Source: Candidatus Wukongarchaeum yapensis
GTDB taxonomy: Archaea; Asgardarchaeota; Wukongarchaeia; Wukongarchaeales; Wukongarchaeaceae
Assembly (NCBI GenBank): GCA_016840425.1
Contig: JAEOSI010000007.1
Span: 1-23,656 of the forward strand
Length of the DNA stretch: 23,656 nucleotides
Direction: 5' to 3'
The number at the start of each line of letters is the position of its first letter. Positions within the stretch are counted from its first letter, which is position 1. Below, in pieces: positions 1 to 7,842 of the stretch. The position numbers and the translations under genes are program-made. Below the pieces are notes generated by a model. That model was given only the letters and a program-made list of their open reading frames with translations, searched no databases and had not been told where the DNA came from.

Positions 1-7
1 ATTTCTT

Positions 8-96
8 GTTTTTTTGATTTTTTTCTCGTTTTTTGCTCTTTTTTAATCTCTTTGTTTCTTTTTTTCTGCTTGGAAAACGGGTTGTTTTTAGTTTTT
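8..96 (+). repeat. T-rich dispersed repeat, copy A (homologous to 11595-11676)
   Basis: 8-25 = 11595-11612 (18/18); 28-42 = 11616-11630 (15/15); 54-96 vs 11634-11676 (40/43). Confidence 0.85.
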
Positions 97-207
97 CTTT
101 TTTTATTCGTTTGAAAGCCTATATATTCACTTTTACGCCCCTCTTCTAAAACTTATATATGGAATATATTATATGTTATATGTACTTAATATAATAAGGT
201 AAGGAGT

Positions 208-1108
208 ATGAAGATCGGTTATCAAGTGATTAGCTACAAATTCAGGCTGTATCCGACTAAAGAGCAGAAAGAAAAGTTGTTGGAAGTCCTTGGTAGGTGT
301 AGGTTTGTCTACCACCAAATGTTAGAAGGTTTGAACAAACAGGAAAAACCGAATATGTTTGAGTTACAAAACTCTATTCCAGAGTTAAAAGAAAAGCATT
401 CTGAGCTGAAAAATGTATATTCTAAAGTTCTCCAACATGAACCATACAGGCTATTTTCAAACCTTAGAAGCTTGTCAGGGCTGAAGAAGAACGGTAAAAA
501 AGTAGGGAGACTTAGGTTCAAGGGTAAAAACTGGTTCAAAACTTTTACGTATAATCAGAGCGGGTTCAAAATTATCAAAGAAAAAGAAAGGTTCTAACAA
601 CTATAATAAACAAAAAATAAAAGTTGCAAAAAGCCATGAAAGGATCAAAAACCAGAGGGATGACTTCTTACACAAACTATCAAGGTATTATATAAACAAT
701 TGTGATTTAATAGCTGTTGAAAAATTAAACGTAAAAGGTTTGATAAGGATAAGTTATAATGCTCGGTATATAATGGATTCCTCTTGGAACAGATTCGCCC
801 AATTTCTGTCTTACAAGGCTGAAAGAGCTGGCAAGACAGTTGTAGAAGTGAACCCGAGAGGAACAACACAAGAATGTTATAAATGCGGTAAAGAAGTAAA
901 GAAAAGCGTGGCTGTAAGAACTCATAAATGTCCTTACTGTGGGTTAGAAATAGGCAGAGACTACAATTCTTCGTTTGTAGTCTTGAAAAGAGGTTTAGAA
1001 GAAGTGTTAGGGCAGGGACTGTCCAAATTTATGCCTGCGGAGACAGAACCTCTACCGAGAGAAATCTCGGCAAGTTCAGTCGTTGAATCAGGAAGCTCCT
1101 TGCAATAG
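208..1108 (+). pseudogene. tnpB: TnpB (RNA-guided nuclease) with an internal deletion and frameshift near 572-579
   Basis: 208-597 encodes the N-terminal HTH/REC part (YKFRLYPTKEQ). A different frame from about 572 reads LSKKKKGSNNYNKQKIKVAK...IAVEKLNVKGL...TTQECYKCG...CPYCG...RDYNSS. The RuvC-I (GIDxG) segment is missing. Confidence 0.9.
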
Positions 1109-1123
1109 CTGGGAGTAGTTCAC
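1074..1123 (+). ncRNA. 3' core of the TnpB omega-RNA (reRNA) scaffold / element right end; putative guide from 1124
   Basis: Two hairpins (TTCAG-TCG-TTGAA; CTCCTTGC-AATA-GCTGGGAG) ending in TCAC, overlapping the tnpB 3' end; 40/50 identical to 11703-11752. The true 5' end is not determinable. Confidence 0.65.
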
Positions 1124-1683
1124 AGGGCCATCATTGGTGAGCCTTCGAACTCAACCAAGGCTATTTTTGCTTCATCAACTTCCACGCCGAAAGACTGAGT
1201 CTTTAAAGGCAATGTCTCATGAAACTCTTTATCATATTTCCAAGGTCTCCAGCTTTCCTGTATACTAGAAACGGTGGCTTTACCAAGGTCTTTTTTCAGC
1301 GTTTCAATACCTTGTAAAGTTTCTGAAAGAAGCTGGCTTATTTTTTCTTTAACAGTTTTTTCAGAAACACTTGATCCCAATGCTGTAAAAATCAACTCGC
1401 CATTCATGACGCGGAACTTACCGCTAGCACTAACTTTCGCTTCTCCACTTTTAGTCGGTACTGAGATCCAAGTCCCAACCTCCATATTTACAGGGATAGT
1501 CATAAATGTGGAAGAAAACGATTTAATCTTCATAAGAGGTCCTTCACCCCACTCTTGTAACACGCCCTCTTTATCTACAAGAAAAAACAAAACCTCCTTA
1601 GGAGCCTTAACCATCAAAAAGAAATAAATGAACACAAGAACACCTAAACCCACAATAACGGGAACAAGCAATAACCAATTCAT
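1120..1683 (-). CDS. Membrane-anchored SPFH/Band-7 (flotillin-like) domain protein, possibly C-terminally truncated
   Basis: N-terminal TM helix, then VPTKSG...GKFRV...LGKATVSSI...FGVEVDEAKIALV, resembling the SPFH pattern; the TGA stop lies in the IS right end. Confidence 0.55.
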   Translation of the reverse strand: MNWLLLVPVIVGLGVLVFIYFFLMVKAPKEVLFFLVDKEGVLQEWGEGPLMKIKSFSSTFMTIPVNMEVGTWISVPTKSGEAKVSASGKFRVMNGELIFTALGSSVSEKTVKEKISQLLSETLQGIETLKKDLGKATVSSIQESWRPWKYDKEFHETLPLKTQSFGVEVDEAKIALVEFEGSPMMAL

Positions 1684-1787
1684 AAAAAACCACTTCCAAT
1701 TATCTACCTAATACTTTTAATACAAAGAAACTACTAAAAATTTTTGCATCATCCAGACCATCCAACTCGTTTCGTTATGACGCGTAA

Positions 1788-2195
1788 TACTCCTTTGTAC
1801 TGTTTGGTTGGATAGTTATTCTAGCAGGATCATGGTTTGTCCTCACAGCCACAGCTCTTTCTTCATAAGAAACCGATATACTCTCTTTTTCAGCTGATTA
1901 TTCGGCTGAATCAGAGATCAATGATGCTGGTTGGGATTTGCCCCGAGCGCTTAGCGCAATTTTTGGCGGAGTAATGATCGGGTGGGGTATCACTATACTT
2001 TACATAGCAGATAATTACACACGCAATGCCCAACGGTATCTAACTATTGCTTTACTAGCTTGGTTCGTTACAGATAGTATCGGTTCACTAATGAACTCCT
2101 TAGAATATAACATCATTTTGAACTTAGGCTTTCTAATACCTGGATTGATAATATTATATTGGCCAAATTTGAGAGGACAACCATTAGAGGATTAA
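1788..2195 (+). pseudogene. Degraded multi-pass membrane protein; intact part 1869/1938-2195
   Basis: The same frame stays hydrophobic upstream (YSFVLFGWIVILAGSWFVLTATALSS) across an in-frame TAA at 1866-1868; another TAA at 1785-1787; no start codon upstream of the 1866 stop in this frame. Confidence 0.5.
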
Positions 2196-2213
2196 TTGGA
2201 AAATCAGGGAAGA

Positions 2214-2333
2214 TGGCGGGCCCGATGGGATTTGAACCCACGACCCTCTACTTTATCCGCTGCAAAAACCAAAAAACAGATATAATCCTATGCATAGGAG
2301 GCAGATGCTCTATCCAAACTGAGCTACGGGCCC
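2214..2333 (-). tRNA. tRNA-Arg(CCU) with a 42-nt intron at canonical 37/38 (2253-2294); CCA encoded
   Basis: Cloverleaf: GGGCCCG acceptor, GCTC/GAGC D stem, TCTGC/GTAGA anticodon stem, GTGGG-TTCAAAT-CCCAT T arm; relaxed BHB (CUCC/GGAU); 78-nt mature length. Confidence 0.9.
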
Positions 2334-2427
2334 AATCACTCTCTTAATTAATCACACAAAACTGCTTAAAAATATATACCTTTTTTTGAAAAGGTCTTAA
2401 AAGCAGAGAAAAGCAATAAATAAATAG

Positions 2428-2531
2428 TGGCGGGCCCGATGGGATTTGAACCCACGACCTCCTTAGAGTACGACCTTCAAGTCCGTATTGCTCCGAAGGC
2501 AGGCGCTCTTTCCAAACTGAGCTACGGGCCC
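2428..2531 (-). tRNA. tRNA-Arg(UCG) with a 26-nt intron at non-canonical 41/42 (2463-2488); CCA encoded
   Basis: Removing 2463-2488 restores the CCTGC/GCAGG anticodon stem with loop CT-TCG-GA; the junctions form a full hBHBh' motif; 78-nt mature length. Confidence 0.9.
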
Positions 2532-2556
2532 AAAACCATTTTTCACAAATTAAAAG

Positions 2557-2615
2557 TTTAAAGCTTTGCATAATTTTCCTCTTTACAATTTTATAAGAAT
2601 AATCTTATAAGAATA
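2557..2615. promoter_or_regulatory. Divergent promoter region between the tRNA-Arg pair and argS
   Basis: TTTAAA at 2557-2562, about 26-31 nt before tRNA-Arg(UCG); direct repeat TTATAAGAATA at 2591-2601 and 2605-2615 containing palindrome TCTTATAAGA (2603-2612). Confidence 0.5.
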
Positions 2616-2676
2616 TTCTACTGTTTTAGTATGTTCTTATGTCTAAATCAGTTGTTTTGGTTTAGGGTGTTTTGTT

Positions 2677-4722
2677 TTGTCTGGTTCGTATAAGCCTTTT
2701 AGTGATGTCAAAGAAAGAATACTTACTCGTGCTAAAGAAGCTTTTGAAGGGGAGGAGTGTACTTTAGAGGAGACTGATCCCAAGTTTGGGGATCTCAGCT
2801 TGAAGGTTTTTGAGCTTACTAAGCGTTTGGGTATGAAGCTTGAAGAAGTTGTGGGAAAAGTTGCTTCTGTTGTTTCTGCTTTGGATGAAATTGCATCTGT
2901 TGAAACTGTTGGTGGGCATGTTAATATCCGTTTAAAAAGGGATGATTATGCTTATTCTGTGTGTAGGTTTGTGCTTGAAAGGGATGATTTTGGAGTGATT
3001 GATGAGATTAGGAAGGTTTGTGAAAGGGTTGTTGTTGAGCATACGTCGGCAAACCCCAATAAGCCTATGCATATAGGTCATTTCAGAAGCGGGGTTATTG
3101 GGGATGTTTTCGCTAATCTTTTAGCCTTTTTCGGTTGCCAAGTTTCACGCAGGTATTATATCGATGATTTGGGGGTGCAAATGGCTCCTCTTGCTATAGG
3201 ATACTCCCTTCTTAAGGAGCATGGTATCTCTTTTGGTGGTGCTAAGCCTGATGTTTGGTTGGGGCAAGTTTATGCTGTAATGAACAATTTTTTAGAGATA
3301 CAGCGTTTAAAACAGGATGTTTCTGAGCTCTTAGATAGGGATGAACGGAAAAAAGTTTTGAGTGAAAGTTTTTACATTGATGAAGAGGAGTATTCTGCCA
3401 TTTTAAATGCGATTAATGAGAAGATCAGTGTTTGCGAAGAGGAAGAAGATCGTAGAGTTTTTGTTAAACTGTTAGATAATGCTAAAAAGGTTTATGAGAC
3501 GTTTAACGAGCTGAATGAACGGATGCCTGTCCTCATATTCACTCTAAGGAATCTATTGAAGGTGAGGGTGAAGGATCTTGTCTCTGAGTGTTCCTCCATG
3601 ATTTTGGCTTATGAGGAGGGAAAAGATGAAAAGGTTAAGGCGATGTTTAGGGAAGTTGCTTCTCTCTCGGTCAAAGGGCATAAAAAAACCCTATCTATGT
3701 GCGATATTGCGATGTCGGACTTTGATTGGGAAAGCGATGTAAGGTGGAGCGATGTTTTTAAAGAGGTCTTTGAAAGGTTTAAAGAAAAGGGTTTGTTGGT
3801 TGAAAAAGACGGAGCGATAGTTTTTAAAGCAGATGAATTTGGGGAAAAAACGGGAGCCAAAAAGGCTCTTGGTATTTCTGAAGAACTGGGAGATGCTGTT
3901 TTAGTTAAAAGTGATGGCACTACTTTGTACGAGACACGGGATATACCGTACAGCATAATCAAAATGCGAAAAACTAAGGCTTGCAAGGTTTTTAATGTTA
4001 TAGGAAAGGCGCAAAAGCTTCCCCAATCAAGAATAAGAATAGCATTATATGCTCTCGGGTATGAGGACGTAGCGAAAAACCAGGAACATTTAGACTTTGA
4101 GTTCGTTCATGTAAAAGGCATGAAAATGAGAGGGCGTTTAGCGAGTTATGTTACCCCTGATGAACTTTTTGACATGCTTATGAAAAACATTTTAGATAAG
4201 ATGAAAGAAAGACCGTATAGTGATGAGGAAAAACGTGAAATCGCGGAGAAAATTGCAGCAGCCTCTTTAAAATACGCTATTTTAAAGGTTTCGCCTACTA
4301 AATCTGTTATTTTTGAGCCTGAGAAAGCGATAGATATCAAAGTTAATTCCGCTCCTTTCCTGATATATGCCTTTGTCAGGTCACTTGGTATAATGCGAGT
4401 GGCTGAAGAAAAAGGTGTTATTGGTAGCGTTTCAGATATTATGGGTTACGATTTAAAGGATGAAGAATGGCAGTTAATCAAGCTTTTATCAACCTTTCCA
4501 GAAAACCTTAAAAAGGTTTATGATGAACGTAGACCCGATGTTTTATGCACTTATGCTTTTGATACTGCGACCCTTTTTAACCGCTTCTATGATACTTGCC
4601 CTGTTGTCAGTGAAACAGACCCTAAAATAAGGAGTGCACGTATGGTTCTAGTAGAAACTACCAATAAAATAATGGGAAGAATCTTATCCTTGTTAGGCAT
4701 CAAACCACCTGAAAAAATGTAA
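2677..4722 (+). CDS. argS: Arginyl-tRNA synthetase (archaeal type, long catalytic-domain insertion)
   Basis: EHTSANPNKPMHIGH (HIGH motif), KSDGTTLYETRDI, KMRGR, C-terminal DALR-type domain (FNRFYDTCPV); TTG start after AGGGTG. Confidence 0.95.
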   Translation: MSGSYKPFSDVKERILTRAKEAFEGEECTLEETDPKFGDLSLKVFELTKRLGMKLEEVVGKVASVVSALDEIASVETVGGHVNIRLKRDDYAYSVCRFVLERDDFGVIDEIRKVCERVVVEHTSANPNKPMHIGHFRSGVIGDVFANLLAFFGCQVSRRYYIDDLGVQMAPLAIGYSLLKEHGISFGGAKPDVWLGQVYAVMNNFLEIQRLKQDVSELLDRDERKKVLSESFYIDEEEYSAILNAINEKISVCEEEEDRRVFVKLLDNAKKVYETFNELNERMPVLIFTLRNLLKVRVKDLVSECSSMILAYEEGKDEKVKAMFREVASLSVKGHKKTLSMCDIAMSDFDWESDVRWSDVFKEVFERFKEKGLLVEKDGAIVFKADEFGEKTGAKKALGISEELGDAVLVKSDGTTLYETRDIPYSIIKMRKTKACKVFNVIGKAQKLPQSRIRIALYALGYEDVAKNQEHLDFEFVHVKGMKMRGRLASYVTPDELFDMLMKNILDKMKERPYSDEEKREIAEKIAAASLKYAILKVSPTKSVIFEPEKAIDIKVNSAPFLIYAFVRSLGIMRVAEEKGVIGSVSDIMGYDLKDEEWQLIKLLSTFPENLKKVYDERRPDVLCTYAFDTATLFNRFYDTCPVVSETDPKIRSARMVLVETTNKIMGRILSLLGIKPPEKM

Positions 4723-4803
4723 ACAAAAAAATTATGATGTTCTAATAATCAATTAAATTTTTAATTTTTAGTTCATATGTTTCTATTTCAAGGAGGTCAT
4801 TAC

Positions 4804-5136
4804 ATGTCGGAAAAAGAAAAAAGTTTAGCGAAAAGTACAAACCAAAAAGAAGCAGAAAACATGATCAAGGAACACGATATGGTAGTAGTTGATTTCTGGA
4901 CTGAATGGTGCCCACCTTGCAAACGAATGGAGCCAGTCTTTGAAAAGATGGCTGGGAAATATGATGGAGCTATTTTCCTAAGGGTTAATACGGATGAAAA
5001 TCCCGAGATGGCTATGAAGCTTAATATCACCGCGATTCCAACTTTTATAATATTCAAAGATGGAAAGGAATTTACACGGGTTATCGGCGCTATACCAGAC
5101 AAGTTGGAAAAAGCAATATCTCAAGCTTTAAATTAA
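4804..5136 (+). CDS. trxA: Thioredoxin
   Basis: DFWTEWCPPC active site and cis-Pro AIPTF; start placed at ATG 4804, downstream of GGAGGT. Confidence 0.93.
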   Translation: MSEKEKSLAKSTNQKEAENMIKEHDMVVVDFWTEWCPPCKRMEPVFEKMAGKYDGAIFLRVNTDENPEMAMKLNITAIPTFIIFKDGKEFTRVIGAIPDKLEKAISQALN

Positions 5137-5159
5137 TTCATTATAAGGATAGAAAAACT

Positions 5160-5933
5160 ATGCAAAACGACCACTCCAACTTAAACGAATCTCTTGAAAA
5201 AAAGCTTTATGTTGGTGGTTTTGTAGATTTTAGCACCGTCGACATCCCAGGAAAATCTTCTGCGGTAATTTTTCTCAGCGGGTGTAACTTCGACTGTCCT
5301 TTTTGTCAAAATACCAACATCCTTTCTCTTTCTTCGGGTAAATTAGTAAGCATGAAAAAAATAGCGTCAATGATTGAGAAAAACTTCCTGATTGAAGCTG
5401 TTTCAATAACTGGCGGCGAACCTTGTATACAAGAATCGATTATTGATCTTTGTCGTCTTTTAAAAAACAAGGGCTATTATGTTAACATAGACACCAATGG
5501 TAGCTTCCCTAAAATGGTAAAAAAGTTGATAGGTGTCATTGATAAGTTTTCCGTAGATATCAAAGGCCCCTTTGAGAGATATCCTGAAATTTCCCAAGCG
5601 AAAAACCCCAATGTTGCCCAATTAATAAAAAATACTTACCATATAATTAATGATAGTGAGGTAGATTTTGAGGTTCGAACCACTGTTCTTAGCCAACTTG
5701 TTTGGGAAAAAGACGTTATTAAAATATCAGAGTTTTTAAAAGCTAATGATTTTAGGGGTACTTACATCATACAACAATTTTTTAATAGTGAAAATGTGAG
5801 AGAGCCTCTAAGACGGGCAACTCCTCCTTCTGCTAAAGAAGTTTTAGAATTAGCACAGATAGCCAAAAGTAAAGGATTGAAAAAAGTGGGTATGCGGACA
5901 CGAGAGCTTGGATATCAGCTCTTAAATCCCTAG
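5160..5933 (+). CDS. nrdG: Radical SAM protein, anaerobic ribonucleotide reductase activating enzyme (NrdG-type)
   Basis: FSTVDIPGK..IFLSGCNFDCPFCQN (CxxxCxxC), TGGEP, IDTNGS, VDIKG, EVRTT; no nrdD in the window, so the substrate is unconfirmed. Confidence 0.8.
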   Translation: MQNDHSNLNESLEKKLYVGGFVDFSTVDIPGKSSAVIFLSGCNFDCPFCQNTNILSLSSGKLVSMKKIASMIEKNFLIEAVSITGGEPCIQESIIDLCRLLKNKGYYVNIDTNGSFPKMVKKLIGVIDKFSVDIKGPFERYPEISQAKNPNVAQLIKNTYHIINDSEVDFEVRTTVLSQLVWEKDVIKISEFLKANDFRGTYIIQQFFNSENVREPLRRATPPSAKEVLELAQIAKSKGLKKVGMRTRELGYQLLNP

Positions 5934-5968
5934 CTAAAAAATTATGAAAAAAAATGATGATGATTTTT

Positions 5969-6730
5969 TTAAAAGGTGGAAAAGATTATATCAAACTTTT
6001 TTGTATCAACAAAAATTTCTGCAAGGCCTGTTTTAACTAAAAAAAGGAGTAGGTGCATAAGTTTTTCAGAAGATAAATTATCGTGGTTTTTTAAGATGTT
6101 TTCAAAGCATAGACAAAAGCTATAGTCGATTGAATTATACAAATTCGTTATTACGGCTTTTTCAAGATTTTCTTTTTTAATAAAATTTTGGAAGGAAGGA
6201 GAATTCAAATATAAATCAAAAACATTACGGCCTATACTCTTAAAAAAGTATTCTGAAGGTTTGTTAATAAGTTCTTCTGGAGACGGTAGTTTTTCCGCTT
6301 TTTCAAGGAAGATATCTCCAAATAGCTCCATCACCTTGCACTTGACTTTTTCGATGTTTTTAACACAATCTATAACTGTTATAAAATCTTCTTCTAATTG
6401 TTCAATAAGGCATTTAAGCTTCTCTGTAACCAGTTTTACGTGTTTTTTAGTTTTAAACTCCATTTCTTTTAATAAAAAGGCTGTAATAATCTGTTTTCCT
6501 GCTCCCACCACAACAGACTTATCATCGGACCTAAATTCAAGCCTTCCAGAACGCAGAATAATGTGATCTGAAACTTGTTTAATAGCAAAAATTGCCGCAG
6601 AAGCTAAGTCTAAATCCACGGATAATCGTTCTGTGGACACTACTTTTAAAATGGGTATGCCTCCACGGGTAAGGAGGAGGAAAGCCACAAAACTTTTGCG
6701 AAATTCTTCATCTATTGTTTTCATTGTCAA
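5969..6730 (-). CDS. Longin-like domain protein with a possible C-terminal winged helix
   Basis: N-terminal FLLLTRGGIPI...DLASAAIFAI...LEF...VVVGAG..IITAF pattern typical of longin/roadblock-like Asgard proteins; C-terminal LMHLLLFLVKTGLAEI; start may be ATG 6724. Confidence 0.5.
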   Translation of the reverse strand: MTMKTIDEEFRKSFVAFLLLTRGGIPILKVVSTERLSVDLDLASAAIFAIKQVSDHIILRSGRLEFRSDDKSVVVGAGKQIITAFLLKEMEFKTKKHVKLVTEKLKCLIEQLEEDFITVIDCVKNIEKVKCKVMELFGDIFLEKAEKLPSPEELINKPSEYFFKSIGRNVFDLYLNSPSFQNFIKKENLEKAVITNLYNSIDYSFCLCFENILKNHDNLSSEKLMHLLLFLVKTGLAEIFVDTKKFDIIFSTF

Positions 6731-6818
6731 AAAAACAGCCTTCTAACCTATTTCCTATTCTTATTATTAAATAGACAACAATCTATTTAATGTTTAAGCC
6801 TCTTTAAAGTTATTTTTT

Positions 6819-7799
6819 TCAAATTAAATCCCAAATAGTTGGAACATCTTTTGGAGAAAAATTTTCCAATTTATGACTATCAATTATCGTACAAATTTTT
6901 CCTGTGGCTGAGTGTACTGACCCTGGAATCCTGAGAAGTCTACGTATGTCTGAAGTTACTGGCTTATCAAGGCGAGGATATCTCCCAAGAACTATCGCCA
7001 TAGAAACCCTTTTAGGATCTACATGTTCTGGAATAGTTTTGTAATAATTTTCGGGGGAAAATTTTTCCTTTGATTCTACAAATTCAATAGCCTTTTCTGC
7101 TTCTTCAGGGCGAAAACCTAAAAGGTTTAAATCTTTTTTTGAAACGTTTAAAAAGAACGATTTCGCGATCTTTTGAAAAACCCTATCCCTTAAAAGTTTA
7201 GCATACTTTGGAATTTCTTCAAGTTTTTGACTTCTTTTCTCATCGGTTATCATGGTAAGATAGCTTACAATAGCTGATCTTTGTTCGGAATCTAATTCTT
7301 TAGCTACATGATCCCTAACCCAGCAATGGATCCCCCTCCTCCCAGAAAAAACAAAAATAAGATCTTCAAATCCGAAATCTATTCTTAAAGTTTCATCCAA
7401 AAACAGTGCCGCATCCTGCGCAAGAGACCAGCAATCTTCACACACCTGTTTTGAACCTTTACAATCACAATGCCGAACCATATCATACGCATCCAAATCC
7501 ACATCAAAAATAAACTCTCTATAAGACCAGTTTAATTTTTGAATAGGGTTTGAAAACGTAGGTCCCTGATCATAAACCGCGCCCACAAATTGTTGCAAAG
7601 GCAATTTTTCTAGGATAAAATTCTTAAAATCACTTAAAGTTTTGAAACTTAAATTGCGACTAAAAACATCTTTAGATAATAAAAAACCAAACTCTCGCCT
7701 CTCAAAATCTGTAAGCCCTATAGCTTTAATCAAAGGCTTTAAATCAAAAATTGATTCATAAAACTTTCTTAAATCTTCCTTATTTACCGTTTTCTCCAC
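6819..7799 (-). CDS. priS: DNA primase small (catalytic) subunit
   Basis: RREFGF, EFIFDVDLD, VFSGRRGIHCW, RLDKPVTSDIRRLLRIPGSVH motifs of the AEP primase family. Confidence 0.96.
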   Translation of the reverse strand: MEKTVNKEDLRKFYESIFDLKPLIKAIGLTDFERREFGFLLSKDVFSRNLSFKTLSDFKNFILEKLPLQQFVGAVYDQGPTFSNPIQKLNWSYREFIFDVDLDAYDMVRHCDCKGSKQVCEDCWSLAQDAALFLDETLRIDFGFEDLIFVFSGRRGIHCWVRDHVAKELDSEQRSAIVSYLTMITDEKRSQKLEEIPKYAKLLRDRVFQKIAKSFFLNVSKKDLNLLGFRPEEAEKAIEFVESKEKFSPENYYKTIPEHVDPKRVSMAIVLGRYPRLDKPVTSDIRRLLRIPGSVHSATGKICTIIDSHKLENFSPKDVPTIWDLI

Positions 7800-7842
7800 A
7801 AAAAACCACCTACTATTAACTTAAAAAAATCAATAAAAGAGG

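Larger units (their letters stand above)
1..1123 (+). mobile_element. IS200/IS605-family (IS1341-like) tnpB element; left end probably upstream of the window, right end at ...GGGAGTAGTTCAC (1123)
   Basis: tnpB remnants at 208-1108; right end with subterminal hairpins and terminal TCAC; T-rich left segment shared with the mini-element at 11408-11752; no tnpA in the window. Confidence 0.85.

Noticed and set aside
572-597. Programmed frameshift producing full-length TnpB
   Set aside because: The shift needed is +1 rather than the usual -1, and RuvC-I would still be absent
1866-1868. Sec/Pyl read-through
   Set aside because: The codon is TAA
2214-2459. 32-bp direct repeat as attL/attR of an integrated element
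   Set aside because: Both copies belong to complete tRNAs with different anticodons, only 94 bp apart, and there is no integrase
2159-2571. ORFs 2159-2347 (+) and 2344-2571 (-)
   Set aside because: They overlap the tRNA genes and have no protein-like features
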